Notes under the pieces: model-generated | Database searches by the model: none | What the model saw: the letters and a program-made list of their open reading frames with translations, nothing else | Told to the model about the DNA's origin: nothing | Made by a program: the position numbers and the translations under genes | IMG/VR virus record: IMGVR_UViG_3300021255_002694 | From: a virus | Lineage: Duplodnaviria; Caudoviricetes | DNA: 64,000 nucleotides | Reading direction: 5' to 3' (one strand) | Shown: one piece after another, positions 21,001 through 29,710 of the stretch | Layout: each line of letters begins with the position of its first letter | How positions within the stretch are numbered: position 1 is the first letter of the stretch

Positions 21001-22454
21001 CTTTGACAAATAAACATGTTGCATACACAGACAGCGTAGCATCTCTCAAAAACGATATTGATGCGATAGATGACTACATTGATTCGATGGATAAAACGCT
21101 GATAAGTACAATAAATAGACCAGCAAAGAACTTCTTGTGCAGATACAATGGAACAGATCAAGGATACATGCTTATAAAAACACGAGAACCACTTGATAAA
21201 AATGATGGTTATGTTATACATTTTGACAATCTTGAAACAGATGACAGCCAATCAACAATCGGATATGCCTTATATAATGAGAACATGGAAATATTACGCT
21301 ATGGATCATTTAGCAAGTCATCACAGAATAAAACCATAGTGTTAAATGAAAATACTATATTTAATGAACTTGCAAACCCACAAACAGTCTCATATGTTCG
21401 AGTTGGTAATGGTTGGTCTAGTACATATACTCCAATCAGTTCTGTTACTGTTACAAATGCTATGATGTGCAAATTATCTGAGTGGGATATTACAAATAAG
21501 TATGTTGAAGGAATTGGCGATATTACTGATAGCCTGATATCTCTATGCGATAGATGTACAAAGAACCTGATTACATCAACATCATTCCCATCTTTCTCAT
21601 ATTCATATGAACCTGTTGTTGATATTAGAACAGAGGGTATTTTACCTATTGATGACTATGTTCTATCTTTCGGATATGCTTCATTTAGTGGAAGTATATG
21701 CCTTGTAGATTCATATGGAAATGAATCTGCTGAATGTTCACATGCATTAGATCAAGAACGTAATACTGTTATATATTTCAACAAGGATTCTCTTGTCAGT
21801 GAAAATCTTACTAATATTAGATATGTGAGATTTAAGTTTACAAGTACACCAACATCATCATCATTTTCACGTTGTATGCTATGTAAAAAATCAGATTGGA
21901 TAATATCGGAACAGTTTGAACAAAGTGTTTCTGGATTATCGCTTGAAAGATATCTGGCTGAGATGGAAAAATTAAATAGTACACTGGCACTGATGATAGA
22001 TTCATCAAGTAAAAATCTGTATAGCGGAACTGATATTGATGAAACAAATGTAAATTACGTTGAAATAGACATAACAGAGGTTACAGAGTCCGTGAGCGCT
22101 ATATCTACACCATTCGTACTGAGCATTGGAAACATATCATCAAGTGAATCTGGAAATGCATTTAACTATTACATTGACTATACTCCGCAAGTTGGAGATA
22201 GTTATACAGATGGTCCATTTTCACTTATCCGTGATGATTCCGGTCATGCTTCATCTATATTTACAATAAGTTCAAGTAACGTACAAGCAAAGATCAGACT
22301 ATATTTAAGCGAAAATGAAGAAGCAGTTGGTGATATATCTTGTACAAATATAATGATATGTTACGATAAATATTATAACATATCTAGTCAATATGTTACA
22401 TATTCACCATCTAACGCAAAACTGTATAAAATGATACAAGAGTTAAATCCGTAA
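18063..22454 (+). CDS. Large tail fibre / receptor-binding protein with repeated C-terminal beta modules
   Basis: 1463 aa, last gene of the tail module. About four C-terminal modules each begin with KN and end with (P/C)M(L/I)C...Y, linked by short coiled coils. Confidence 0.6.
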   Translation: MFQDLSNTSLTKISPERTKASPSVRSENDGSFNSEENLRWISRKITSKPYIVGKDTAEVNNSLKPSVSAFGMYIGKGMFDIDGYLFKVEGGNEQISYDADSSNAAPFVLDTQYVQRFVGDMIRYGDQNKEIRCEYSDFCFSEYDPGNQNNDTSDVKDLWETALAEHNVIGFVRIVYSSEYLSQLDNSGHGTIWYKDSNGNIIGSLAVRNSISSSYMTPDEIRTSIFNDGVDQYTSICNEFNNELHTYYPVYVETDDNDSAVIVFTDVFGFTWQHAVRKFSTSTYPSTVSNLIDMDASSVGAQNPFNGVSQFQCKLDTYPNNRYMYNMLYDSGSSYIRKTSGVSGSIQSIMRTFSHVQKFRISDLHLSVSDQIIPSIENNLSYYCITNIPDEMKLTNGVYTRPVALFTSEGSLCTDGLITGLSTNYAYDGTGSSIESYVHFIKRQYLNETQGQWSEDAIKGVTREQVVNWNGFSTFYNTYIAPAMSEYLNLCYYSLMENVFYGTASTDSKNIKMHNSGKYIQNITGATANEFSTDYTFNATKHRNGSATPEQVQKTLRFESDTTSDKYKTRLFVDRNSGSVPLLNGLTYYRQYAFDSENSDMQLMLEDPLLFLRHCVGSAFGVSNMNLLLPDNSVATIGGNVQVDDYFAPKRQTIDDTCFELSTYNSILRSNGTITSSVASSLSYSFYRNTWEMRIPTTISINKESLNYLCGRDYDDPTKYDGFTFGFKMPHEVKDSELYVFDTLISTCRQGESYDVEQSSRLPFYASEKIRIKREAFIHTSKIYGDDNKDFNNTVKGIANDLISESLDGYDLSDFPKTEDALIDHIDYGPKNQIQIVGNPNMPCALNTQYKPNTNSNVVFRYYRDSSTYPYVDKIQVYLDSGTVATATSEFIFKFYCSGGELRLVGCPSGGSVNTFYAAIMNQPTTANVITDTGSSENVVTRILTPKEMYYGITVKAGCEVPSDTGLLFVPMLCSDKAYALTNKHVAYTDSVASLKNDIDAIDDYIDSMDKTLISTINRPAKNFLCRYNGTDQGYMLIKTREPLDKNDGYVIHFDNLETDDSQSTIGYALYNENMEILRYGSFSKSSQNKTIVLNENTIFNELANPQTVSYVRVGNGWSSTYTPISSVTVTNAMMCKLSEWDITNKYVEGIGDITDSLISLCDRCTKNLITSTSFPSFSYSYEPVVDIRTEGILPIDDYVLSFGYASFSGSICLVDSYGNESAECSHALDQERNTVIYFNKDSLVSENLTNIRYVRFKFTSTPTSSSFSRCMLCKKSDWIISEQFEQSVSGLSLERYLAEMEKLNSTLALMIDSSSKNLYSGTDIDETNVNYVEIDITEVTESVSAISTPFVLSIGNISSSESGNAFNYYIDYTPQVGDSYTDGPFSLIRDDSGHASSIFTISSSNVQAKIRLYLSENEEAVGDISCTNIMICYDKYYNISSQYVTYSPSNAKLYKMIQELNP

Positions 22455-22463
22455 TATCTACCT

Positions 22464-22700
22464 AATAGGGTTACAAAATGAGACATTAGTGTTAAATTTT
22501 GTAACCCTATTTCTTATCGAAAAACGATAAATCCCGTGTTACAAAATGTAACTTTAATATATTATATATATATTATTCTTATATTTTTATTATATAATAC
22601 ATAGTATATTATAATATAATAAATACTAAATGTAATATAAATATAAGATATTGTATAATATATACAAATTATAGTATTTTCTAATATTGGATTTTTTACT
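22464..22700. other. Candidate replication origin (iteron-like GTTACAAAAT repeats plus AT-rich tract); the inverted repeat may also terminate the tail operon
   Basis: 16-bp perfect inverted repeat at 22464-22479/22496-22511, a third GTTACAAAAT at 22538, and a nearly pure A/T stretch at 22553-22700. Confidence 0.5.
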
Positions 22701-22720
22701 GAAAAAATTTTCAAAACTAC

Positions 22721-22749
22721 TTGACATATTAGCCCGAATGTGTTATACT
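22721..22749 (+). promoter_or_regulatory. sigmaA-type promoter
   Basis: TTGACA-17-TATACT with TG extension and an A-rich UP element. Confidence 0.85.
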
Positions 22750-22798
22750 ATATTTACAAGATCAACCGAACCATATACTTGAAAGTGAGGTAAATAGT

Positions 22799-23692
22799 AT
22801 GCGACAAGCAACGTGGGTAAACATTGGAACTGATGTCAGAGATTGTGAGAATGATATTTCGAGAGTTCTTACAAAATCTGGCTTGGATTACACAGTATCT
22901 AAGTCCGATATTCTTCTTCCTGATGGTAAAATCATTCCTGATAAGGTTGCAACGGTAAAAGACGATGGAACATATATCGGAGTAGTATCACCGTCATATG
23001 AACTCTATCAGAATAGAGAAGCCTTTGAATTTGTTGCCGATATTCCGGATATTCAGATCGTAAAAGCCGGAGAAACGCACAATGGTCTTGTTTACATGAT
23101 CGGTAAACTTCCGGAAACCAAGGTTCTTGATGATACGTTTGAGCCTTATGTAATCATTCAAACATCTCACAACGGAATGTTTAATGTCAAAGCTACAATT
23201 TCTCCGCTGAGATTTGTGTGTCAGAATCAGTTTGCATGGACTTTTAAGCATATCCGAAATACTGTTAATATCAGGCATAGCCGTGTTCTTCCTAACAAGA
23301 TCGCACAAGCACAAACGCTTATCCGTGATACAGCAATTTATATGGAAGGATTTACAAACACAGCAGAAGAACTTGCACTTCTGAAAATCGACGGCAAGAA
23401 AACTATTTATGAAATCATGGATGCTTTCTTTGAATCAACGAAGAAGATCACAGAAAGACAGCAGAAAGCACTTGCTATCAACAAACAGTTTTTCATGGAG
23501 TGCTATGATGCTGATGATAATTCTGATTATCGTGGCACTGTTTGGGGACTTGCGAATGCAATGACAGATTACATTACACACAAGAAACATAAGAATACTA
23601 CTCATGCAAATGACAACGCTTTCATGCGTGTTACATTCGATACAGAAGCACTTAACCGTTTTATTGAAGTTGCAACAGCGTTTGCACGATAA
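22799..23692 (+). CDS. DUF932 family phage/plasmid protein
   Basis: GLDY.V.K, GVVS..Y...QN.EAF.F, SHNG, R.VC.NQ, IRH and GT.WGL.NA.TDY..H motifs. Confidence 0.85.
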   Translation: MRQATWVNIGTDVRDCENDISRVLTKSGLDYTVSKSDILLPDGKIIPDKVATVKDDGTYIGVVSPSYELYQNREAFEFVADIPDIQIVKAGETHNGLVYMIGKLPETKVLDDTFEPYVIIQTSHNGMFNVKATISPLRFVCQNQFAWTFKHIRNTVNIRHSRVLPNKIAQAQTLIRDTAIYMEGFTNTAEELALLKIDGKKTIYEIMDAFFESTKKITERQQKALAINKQFFMECYDADDNSDYRGTVWGLANAMTDYITHKKHKNTTHANDNAFMRVTFDTEALNRFIEVATAFAR

Positions 23693-23698
23693 TTTAAT

Positions 23699-23740
23699 TG
23701 CTCTTTCCGGTTAAGTTAAATCGGAAAGAGCATATTTAAT
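23699..23740 (+). terminator. Hairpin / terminator
   Basis: TGCTCTTTCCG/CGGAAAGAGCA stem followed by an AT-rich tail. Confidence 0.6.
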
Positions 23741-23772
23741 TTGTAAATATATAAAATTAAATCGAAAAATAC

Positions 23773-23801
23773 TTGACTTTTCTCTCTGTTTGTGTTATAC
23801 T
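23773..23801 (+). promoter_or_regulatory. sigmaA-type promoter
   Basis: TTGACT-17-TATACT with TG extension. Confidence 0.8.
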
Positions 23802-23855
23802 ATGTTTAGAAAATAGAACATCTATATACATGATTTTACAGAGAGGTGTTAAGAT

Positions 23856-25658
23856 TTGGTAGACATACATATAAAAAACGGAGAAATATTTGTAAAATCA
23901 GAATATGATCGTAACATCGTCACTTTTATGAGAAGTAGACCAAAAAGATTCTGGAATACAACAACAAGAGAGTGGAAACTTCCTGAATCTGATCTTGATT
24001 TACTTATTGCATCATTAAGTGATTATGAATATAATATACGTTACGATGATGATAGTAATAGTTTGAATCATGATTCAAAAAATAATACAAATATTTCAAA
24101 TAGTATACCGGATTGGTATGAATTTAAGACAAAACCATTTCAGCATCAAATTGATGGCGTTAATTATGGGCTACAGCATCCAAAGTTTTTGTTGGCTGAT
24201 GAACAGGGACTTGGAAAATCGAAAACCATGCTTGATTTATCACAAATTCTAAAGAAAGAATCAAATATCAAGCATACACTTATAATCGCGTGTGTAAACA
24301 GTTTGAAATATAACTGGCAAGCAGAGGTTGAAAAACATACAAATGATAAAGGATATATATTAGGAACAAGATTCTTAAAGAATGGTAGAGAGATTATAGG
24401 TAGTAATGAAGATCGTTTATCTGATATAAAAGACATCGGCAGTGGCGGACAAATAGACGATTATTATTATATAATCACAAATATAGAAACATTACGATAC
24501 AATAAGTCAATTAAAGTTCCTATGAAAACAAAGAAAAATGGTGTTCAGAGGTTCAAGAAACAGACTGTTTTTCCTATTGTTGAAGCCTTGCAAGAACAAA
24601 TTGATGCAGGAAACATCAATATGATTATTGCTGATGAAATTCATAAATGTAAATCGGAGAACAGCTTACAGGGAAGGGCATTACTTGCACTTGACTGTGA
24701 TTATAAAGCAGCCCTAACAGGAACACCTGTCATGAATCAGCCTATTGATCTCTATACAGTATTGAATTGGCTTGGATTTGAAGAACATAGTGCATTTGCA
24801 TTTAAGAAACATTACTGTATAATGGGTGGATTTGGACAACATCAAATTGTCGGATATAAAAATTTACCAGAGTTACAGTCGATATTAGATAAGTGTATGT
24901 TACGGAGACTTAAATCAGATGTTCTTGATCTACCAGAAAAAATATACATAAATGATTATGTTGAAATGACCAAAGCGCAGATAAAACTATACGATGAAGT
25001 CAGAAATAATCTTATTGAAAATATAGATAAGATAAAACTAAGTCCGAATCCTCTTGTTCAACTCATTCGATTGCGACAAGTTACAGGAAATCCAAGTATT
25101 CTATCATCATCCATAAATGACAACCCAAAGTTCAGTAGAATGTGTGAGATTATAGAAGATGCAATAGAAAATGGTGGAAAGGTTTTGGTTTTTAGTAACT
25201 GGACAGATGTTATTGAACCAGCATACGAACTTGTAAAGTCAATGAAGTATAAGAAAGACGGAAAAGATAAACGATACAATCCGGCAATATATACTGGACA
25301 GAATAAAGATGTTAGAGAACAAGAAAAAGATCGGTTTATGACTGATCCAGATTGCAAAGTTCTTCTTGGAACAATGGGTGCGATGGGAACAGGACTTACT
25401 CTAACAGCAGCAAATACTGTTATCTTCTTAGATGAACCTTGGAATCGTGCAATAAAAGATCAATGTGAGGACAGAGTTCACAGAATAGGTACAAAAGAAT
25501 CACCAAACATAATAACAATTATGTGCAAAGGAACCATAGATGAGAGAATAAATGATCTCGTTTATAAGAAAGGAAAGATGTCAGATGTTTTAATTGACAA
25601 GGAAGAAGATATGACACGAAATCCTAAGATAGTGAATTATCTACTATCATTAGACTAA
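23856..25658 (+). CDS. SNF2/SWI2-family helicase with a HARP-like N-terminus
   Basis: LLADEQGLGKS, DEIH, LTGTP.N, G.GL.LT.A and Q.EDR.HRIG motifs. Confidence 0.92.
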   Translation: MVDIHIKNGEIFVKSEYDRNIVTFMRSRPKRFWNTTTREWKLPESDLDLLIASLSDYEYNIRYDDDSNSLNHDSKNNTNISNSIPDWYEFKTKPFQHQIDGVNYGLQHPKFLLADEQGLGKSKTMLDLSQILKKESNIKHTLIIACVNSLKYNWQAEVEKHTNDKGYILGTRFLKNGREIIGSNEDRLSDIKDIGSGGQIDDYYYIITNIETLRYNKSIKVPMKTKKNGVQRFKKQTVFPIVEALQEQIDAGNINMIIADEIHKCKSENSLQGRALLALDCDYKAALTGTPVMNQPIDLYTVLNWLGFEEHSAFAFKKHYCIMGGFGQHQIVGYKNLPELQSILDKCMLRRLKSDVLDLPEKIYINDYVEMTKAQIKLYDEVRNNLIENIDKIKLSPNPLVQLIRLRQVTGNPSILSSSINDNPKFSRMCEIIEDAIENGGKVLVFSNWTDVIEPAYELVKSMKYKKDGKDKRYNPAIYTGQNKDVREQEKDRFMTDPDCKVLLGTMGAMGTGLTLTAANTVIFLDEPWNRAIKDQCEDRVHRIGTKESPNIITIMCKGTIDERINDLVYKKGKMSDVLIDKEEDMTRNPKIVNYLLSLD

Positions 25659-25686
25659 AATATAATAAGTACGGGGGTAAACTATC

Positions 25687-26001
25687 ATGAAAACAAGCAA
25701 AGTTAATCCAAATTATTTGTCAGCTAGTAAGGTGGCAAATATCCTAGATGTGTCTGTTAAGACACTAACAAATTGGTATAAGTGGTACTATGATGATACG
25801 ATTGAGAAGGACTATGATTTTCCAAAGTTGCCTGATTATATTCAGGAGTACACAAATGGTCCTAGATATTGGACACTTTCGGATATTCCGATGCTAAAGA
25901 AATTTCAGGAGTGGGTTCCGAGAGGTCGAAATGGTGTAATGGGTAAAATTTCAGAAAAATATACATCTAAATATTGGAAGGATAAAAAAGAAAATGAGTA
26001 A
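25687..26001 (+). CDS. HTH (MerR-like) DNA-binding protein
   Basis: LSASKVANILDVSVKTLTNW...G.RYWT..DI motif. Confidence 0.7.
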   Translation: MKTSKVNPNYLSASKVANILDVSVKTLTNWYKWYYDDTIEKDYDFPKLPDYIQEYTNGPRYWTLSDIPMLKKFQEWVPRGRNGVMGKISEKYTSKYWKDKKENE

Positions 26002-26419
26002 AACAGATCAAATTATTTTAACAGATGCAGAGAAAGTTCAGCTTGATGAATTGTCACGGCAGTATGCTGACGTTTGTGATCAGTTCAACGCAATCAAAGC
26101 TAAAAAGGATGCTTTGAACGGCGTTATTAAGAGTATGTTTGATTCGTATGGAATTAGTAAATATATTTCATCTGATGATGTATCTCTATCTGTAAGTGTC
26201 AAGCATAATGTATCATTTGATACAGATAAACTTCTGTCATTCTGTAAAGAACTTAATATTGACGGTCTTGTGAAAACACAGGAATATGTTGATATGGATG
26301 AACTTGAATCTGCTTTATACAGAGACAAAGAGCTAAAAGAGTCTGTTGGAAAACTAAAAATTGTAAAGCCGGATACGGTAACTTTGAGATGTACCAGAAA
26401 ACAGACTTTGAATGAGTGA
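25994..26419 (+). CDS. Hypothetical phage protein (coiled-coil N-terminus)
   Basis: ORF coupled to the previous gene; no motif recognised with confidence. Confidence 0.6.
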   Translation: MSKTDQIILTDAEKVQLDELSRQYADVCDQFNAIKAKKDALNGVIKSMFDSYGISKYISSDDVSLSVSVKHNVSFDTDKLLSFCKELNIDGLVKTQEYVDMDELESALYRDKELKESVGKLKIVKPDTVTLRCTRKQTLNE

Positions 26420-26463
26420 TTTTGTTAAATGACAAACAGATTTACAAAATTTCAAAAAACCTA

Positions 26464-26492
26464 TTGACTTTTCAATCCATTCTTGATATAAT
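26464..26492 (+). promoter_or_regulatory. sigmaA-type promoter of the replication operon
   Basis: TTGACT-17-TATAAT with TG extension. Confidence 0.85.
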
Positions 26493-26498
26493 GTAGGC

Positions 26499-26700
26499 AA
26501 GTTAAGAAAAACCACTTCACTTGCTGGAAAAGTTGATAGAGGTCATATAAATGGTTGAACATGGGCAATCGTCACCTACAATGTTACAAAATTATGTGTG
26601 TGCGGATGTGCATACTATGACGAATGTACCATATCAATAATATATTGAACTGTCGCTTGATAGAATTTCCAGCATTCTATTGAGCGGCAGTTCTTTATTT
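26499..26700 (+). promoter_or_regulatory. Structured 5' leader / attenuator with an intrinsic terminator
   Basis: Terminator GAACTGTCGCTTGATAGAA...TTCTATTGAGCGGCAGTTC-TTTATTT (26647-26700). Its loop TTTCCAGCA is complementary to TGCTGGAAA at 26522-26530. Confidence 0.65.
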
Positions 26701-26722
26701 AGTGAAAGAGAGGGAGATACAT

Positions 26723-27250
26723 ATGCCGCAAGGTATTTATGAAGAATTAAGACGTCAGCCCGTAGATGATGTTAAAAAGAAATGGATGGAATCATATATT
26801 GCAGAGGAAGAAGCACGGCAAGCTGAGATCATTCGTCAGCTAAAGATAGGCGGATCAGAAGAATATAATAATAAGATTTCTTTATTTCCACTTGGTCTGA
26901 TTCCAAGTCCTGTACGTATTCCGGCATGGATGTTTAGAAAATATCCTCACAATCCGGATTTTGAACTAGATGATATTGAAAAGGTAGCTATGGCACATGT
27001 TATTCATTTTACTAACTGTGCGAATCCTACCGGATATATTGAGTGTAGCGGAAATATTGAAAATTGGTGTAAGTGTTCTGTAGAGGAAGCACATAATGCG
27101 CTAAAGAGACTTGTAAAAAAGAATCTTATAACACAACATGTGCTTGATCCACAATATTGTGACGGACATAAAAGAAATCTTGGTTATTTCGTAAATATTG
27201 ATTATGTGCATACGATTTTAAACCTTTACAAGATGGATATTTGGACATAA
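26723..27250 (+). CDS. Winged-HTH protein
   Basis: C-terminal helix-turn-helix-like IENWCKCSVEEAHNALKRLVKKNLI; strong RBS. Confidence 0.55.
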   Translation: MPQGIYEELRRQPVDDVKKKWMESYIAEEEARQAEIIRQLKIGGSEEYNNKISLFPLGLIPSPVRIPAWMFRKYPHNPDFELDDIEKVAMAHVIHFTNCANPTGYIECSGNIENWCKCSVEEAHNALKRLVKKNLITQHVLDPQYCDGHKRNLGYFVNIDYVHTILNLYKMDIWT

Positions 27251-27283
27251 CAAGCACTATAATTATTCCGGAGGTGATGCACC

Positions 27284-28936
27284 GTGGCATCAAAAGATTT
27301 ATCTCATATCAATTCTGTGCCGAATATAGTCATGTGGTCGTGGATGCGAACTGTATTAAGACTGTGTGGCTCTGAATTACTTATATTCTCGTATATATTT
27401 TCACAGACATTTGATTCTTCACACAGATGTTATGCGTGTCTAGTTGATATGGAAGATTGGTTTGGTGTTACACGGCAAACTATTTCCAGAAATATTGATC
27501 GCCTTGTTGAAAAGGGTTTTGTGTTAAAGGAATGCAAACAGGACTTAATAAATCCTATAATCAAGCACAACAGCTATATGGTAAATATACCAAATGTAAC
27601 AGAGTTGTGTGAAAATGCAGATAAAGACAGCTATCAGAATTTTTTAGATTCATATAGATCATTGCTTAAACAAAAGTTTCCAGAAGATGATACAAAGATT
27701 GACGATTATCTGAATGAACTTATGACATGGCATGAGAATAAAAATTTAGAGGTCTGTGTAAAATTAAATGACCTTGCGGCTCTTATTTACAGAACATCTG
27801 AGGATAATAAACCGATAACGGATGTACTTGAATCTGTTAGAAAAACTAACAAGAAGTTAAAAGCATCACCTGAAAAATCATATATTGATAAATCTGGCGC
27901 TGATGTACTGAATCCGAAACAGAAAAAATCTGTTTCAGACGATGGACAAACGGAACTATTCAGCACCAAACCAAAGAGGAAGTCTAAGAAAGCTATTCGT
28001 GCTGAATGGGATGCAGACAAGAGAGCAATGAATACTGATTTTGTGTATATCAGGATCGGTGGAAACGAAAAACTGCTTGAACTGTTAAACAAGTTCTTAG
28101 ATACAGACAACGGTCAGAGTTATACACCTAATCAGTGGGAAGAACAGCTTGAAACATTGTATACATATGGAAGAACGCCTGAAAGAATGATAGAGGGTGT
28201 TCGCATTTCATACATGAATAACTATCGGCAACTCTACATTGTAGATAAGTCAGAAGTTGATATGGATAAGAAACTGAATGCAATCGACAAGTATGTTGAA
28301 GAATTTGCTGATAATAACGATGAATTGAGATCACTGTTATGTTCATATGTGACAGAAGTACCAAAAGGTAAATCTTTTACAGAAAGTCAGTTTAAGCTAC
28401 AACTGAAAACTCTAACAAGTCTATGCAAGACAACAGAGGATAAAATAGCAAGTGTTGAAATTGCGTATGCTAGATCATATCAATCTCTCGCATATCCTAG
28501 TAATTCTATGGGTAATGGTAACTCATCCACATCTGTTGATGAAGATAAGAAGATTGAAAAGGTAAGATCATTTATTAAGGCAGGTTACTATCAGTTATGT
28601 GATGGTCTTGAAGATGCTCTAATTACATACGTAAAAGAAACGGATGTTGGTCGCAAAATGAGTTATAATGCATTTTGCAATATTCTTGACAACCTAAGAC
28701 TTTATTGCCTTGATGATGTTGACAAGGTTGGAAAGGTAAAACTGGCAATTCAGAATAATTCATCTAAATTCGCAACAGAGGACTACGATGAAACAAGGAG
28801 ACTCAGGAACAAACTTGTAACGCGAGAATCCAAAGCACAGAGTTTGGACAGATCACGACAACAGAAAGTGATCATGGCAAAAATGAAAAATCCAAATGAT
28901 CCAAGACTTGTAGATGTTCCAAAAGTAAAATTTTAA
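27284..28936 (+). CDS. Phage replication initiator (N-terminal wHTH, repeated C-terminal helical domains)
   Basis: ELLIFSYI.S...WFGVTRQTISRNIDRLVEKG wHTH; directly upstream of DnaC-like and DnaB genes. Confidence 0.7.
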   Translation: MASKDLSHINSVPNIVMWSWMRTVLRLCGSELLIFSYIFSQTFDSSHRCYACLVDMEDWFGVTRQTISRNIDRLVEKGFVLKECKQDLINPIIKHNSYMVNIPNVTELCENADKDSYQNFLDSYRSLLKQKFPEDDTKIDDYLNELMTWHENKNLEVCVKLNDLAALIYRTSEDNKPITDVLESVRKTNKKLKASPEKSYIDKSGADVLNPKQKKSVSDDGQTELFSTKPKRKSKKAIRAEWDADKRAMNTDFVYIRIGGNEKLLELLNKFLDTDNGQSYTPNQWEEQLETLYTYGRTPERMIEGVRISYMNNYRQLYIVDKSEVDMDKKLNAIDKYVEEFADNNDELRSLLCSYVTEVPKGKSFTESQFKLQLKTLTSLCKTTEDKIASVEIAYARSYQSLAYPSNSMGNGNSSTSVDEDKKIEKVRSFIKAGYYQLCDGLEDALITYVKETDVGRKMSYNAFCNILDNLRLYCLDDVDKVGKVKLAIQNNSSKFATEDYDETRRLRNKLVTRESKAQSLDRSRQQKVIMAKMKNPNDPRLVDVPKVKF

Positions 28937-28951
28937 GCGAGGTGTTATTTC

Positions 28952-29710
28952 TTGCTAGATGATGTATATGAGCGTAATACGAATGTAAATAAGTGTTGGT
29001 ATAAGAACATTTGTGATAAGTTCGGTACAGACGCTTGCGAGTTTACATGTAAACGGTTCACACAAACTGATTATCTATTTCAGTTATCAGGATTACCTAA
29101 GTCAAAGTGGAAACCGATAAATCTGTCATCTGATTTTCTTGAACCGGATGTTAGCGAGGTACTTAATACAATTATAGCTGATTGTGAGTATTTTGTTAAA
29201 AAAGGATTCAATTTGTATCTTTGGGGAAAAACAGGCTGCGGTAAAACATCATGGGCTGTTAAGATCATGAACGGATATTTTGCATATGTAGCAGAATCGA
29301 GTGCGTTTACTCCGAGAGGAAGATATGTAAGTGTTCCGTCATTTCTCCGTGATGCAAAAATGTATCTAGCATCAAAGTCCCCTGAATTTTTAGAACTTAT
29401 AAAGATATTGCAAACATGTGATATTGTTATATGGGATGATGTTGGTCAGACCGATGCAACAAATTTTGAATCACAGTGGTTATATTCTTTTATAAATGAA
29501 AGACTTTTTGCTAATAAGTGCAATATATTTACAAGCAACCTCTCTCCGGACGATCTTGAACGATCTAATGAGCGGTTAGCATCAAGAATATGTGTTGGTT
29601 CAGATTGCTTAAATATTACAGGACCAGATATGCGATTTAAGAACACGTACACATTCTTCATGAATAGTGAGGAGGTTGATTCATATGGCTGCGAAAACGG
29701 GAATAGTTGA
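28952..29710 (+). CDS. DnaC/IstB-like helicase loader ATPase
   Basis: Walker A GKTGCGKT, Walker B IWDDVG, and INER...IFTSNL...SRI. Confidence 0.88.
   Translation: MLDDVYERNTNVNKCWYKNICDKFGTDACEFTCKRFTQTDYLFQLSGLPKSKWKPINLSSDFLEPDVSEVLNTIIADCEYFVKKGFNLYLWGKTGCGKTSWAVKIMNGYFAYVAESSAFTPRGRYVSVPSFLRDAKMYLASKSPEFLELIKILQTCDIVIWDDVGQTDATNFESQWLYSFINERLFANKCNIFTSNLSPDDLERSNERLASRICVGSDCLNITGPDMRFKNTYTFFMNSEEVDSYGCENGNS

Noticed and set aside
18063-22454. Diversity-generating retroelement acting on the fibre genes
   Set aside because: No reverse transcriptase and no template/variable repeat pair were seen in the window.
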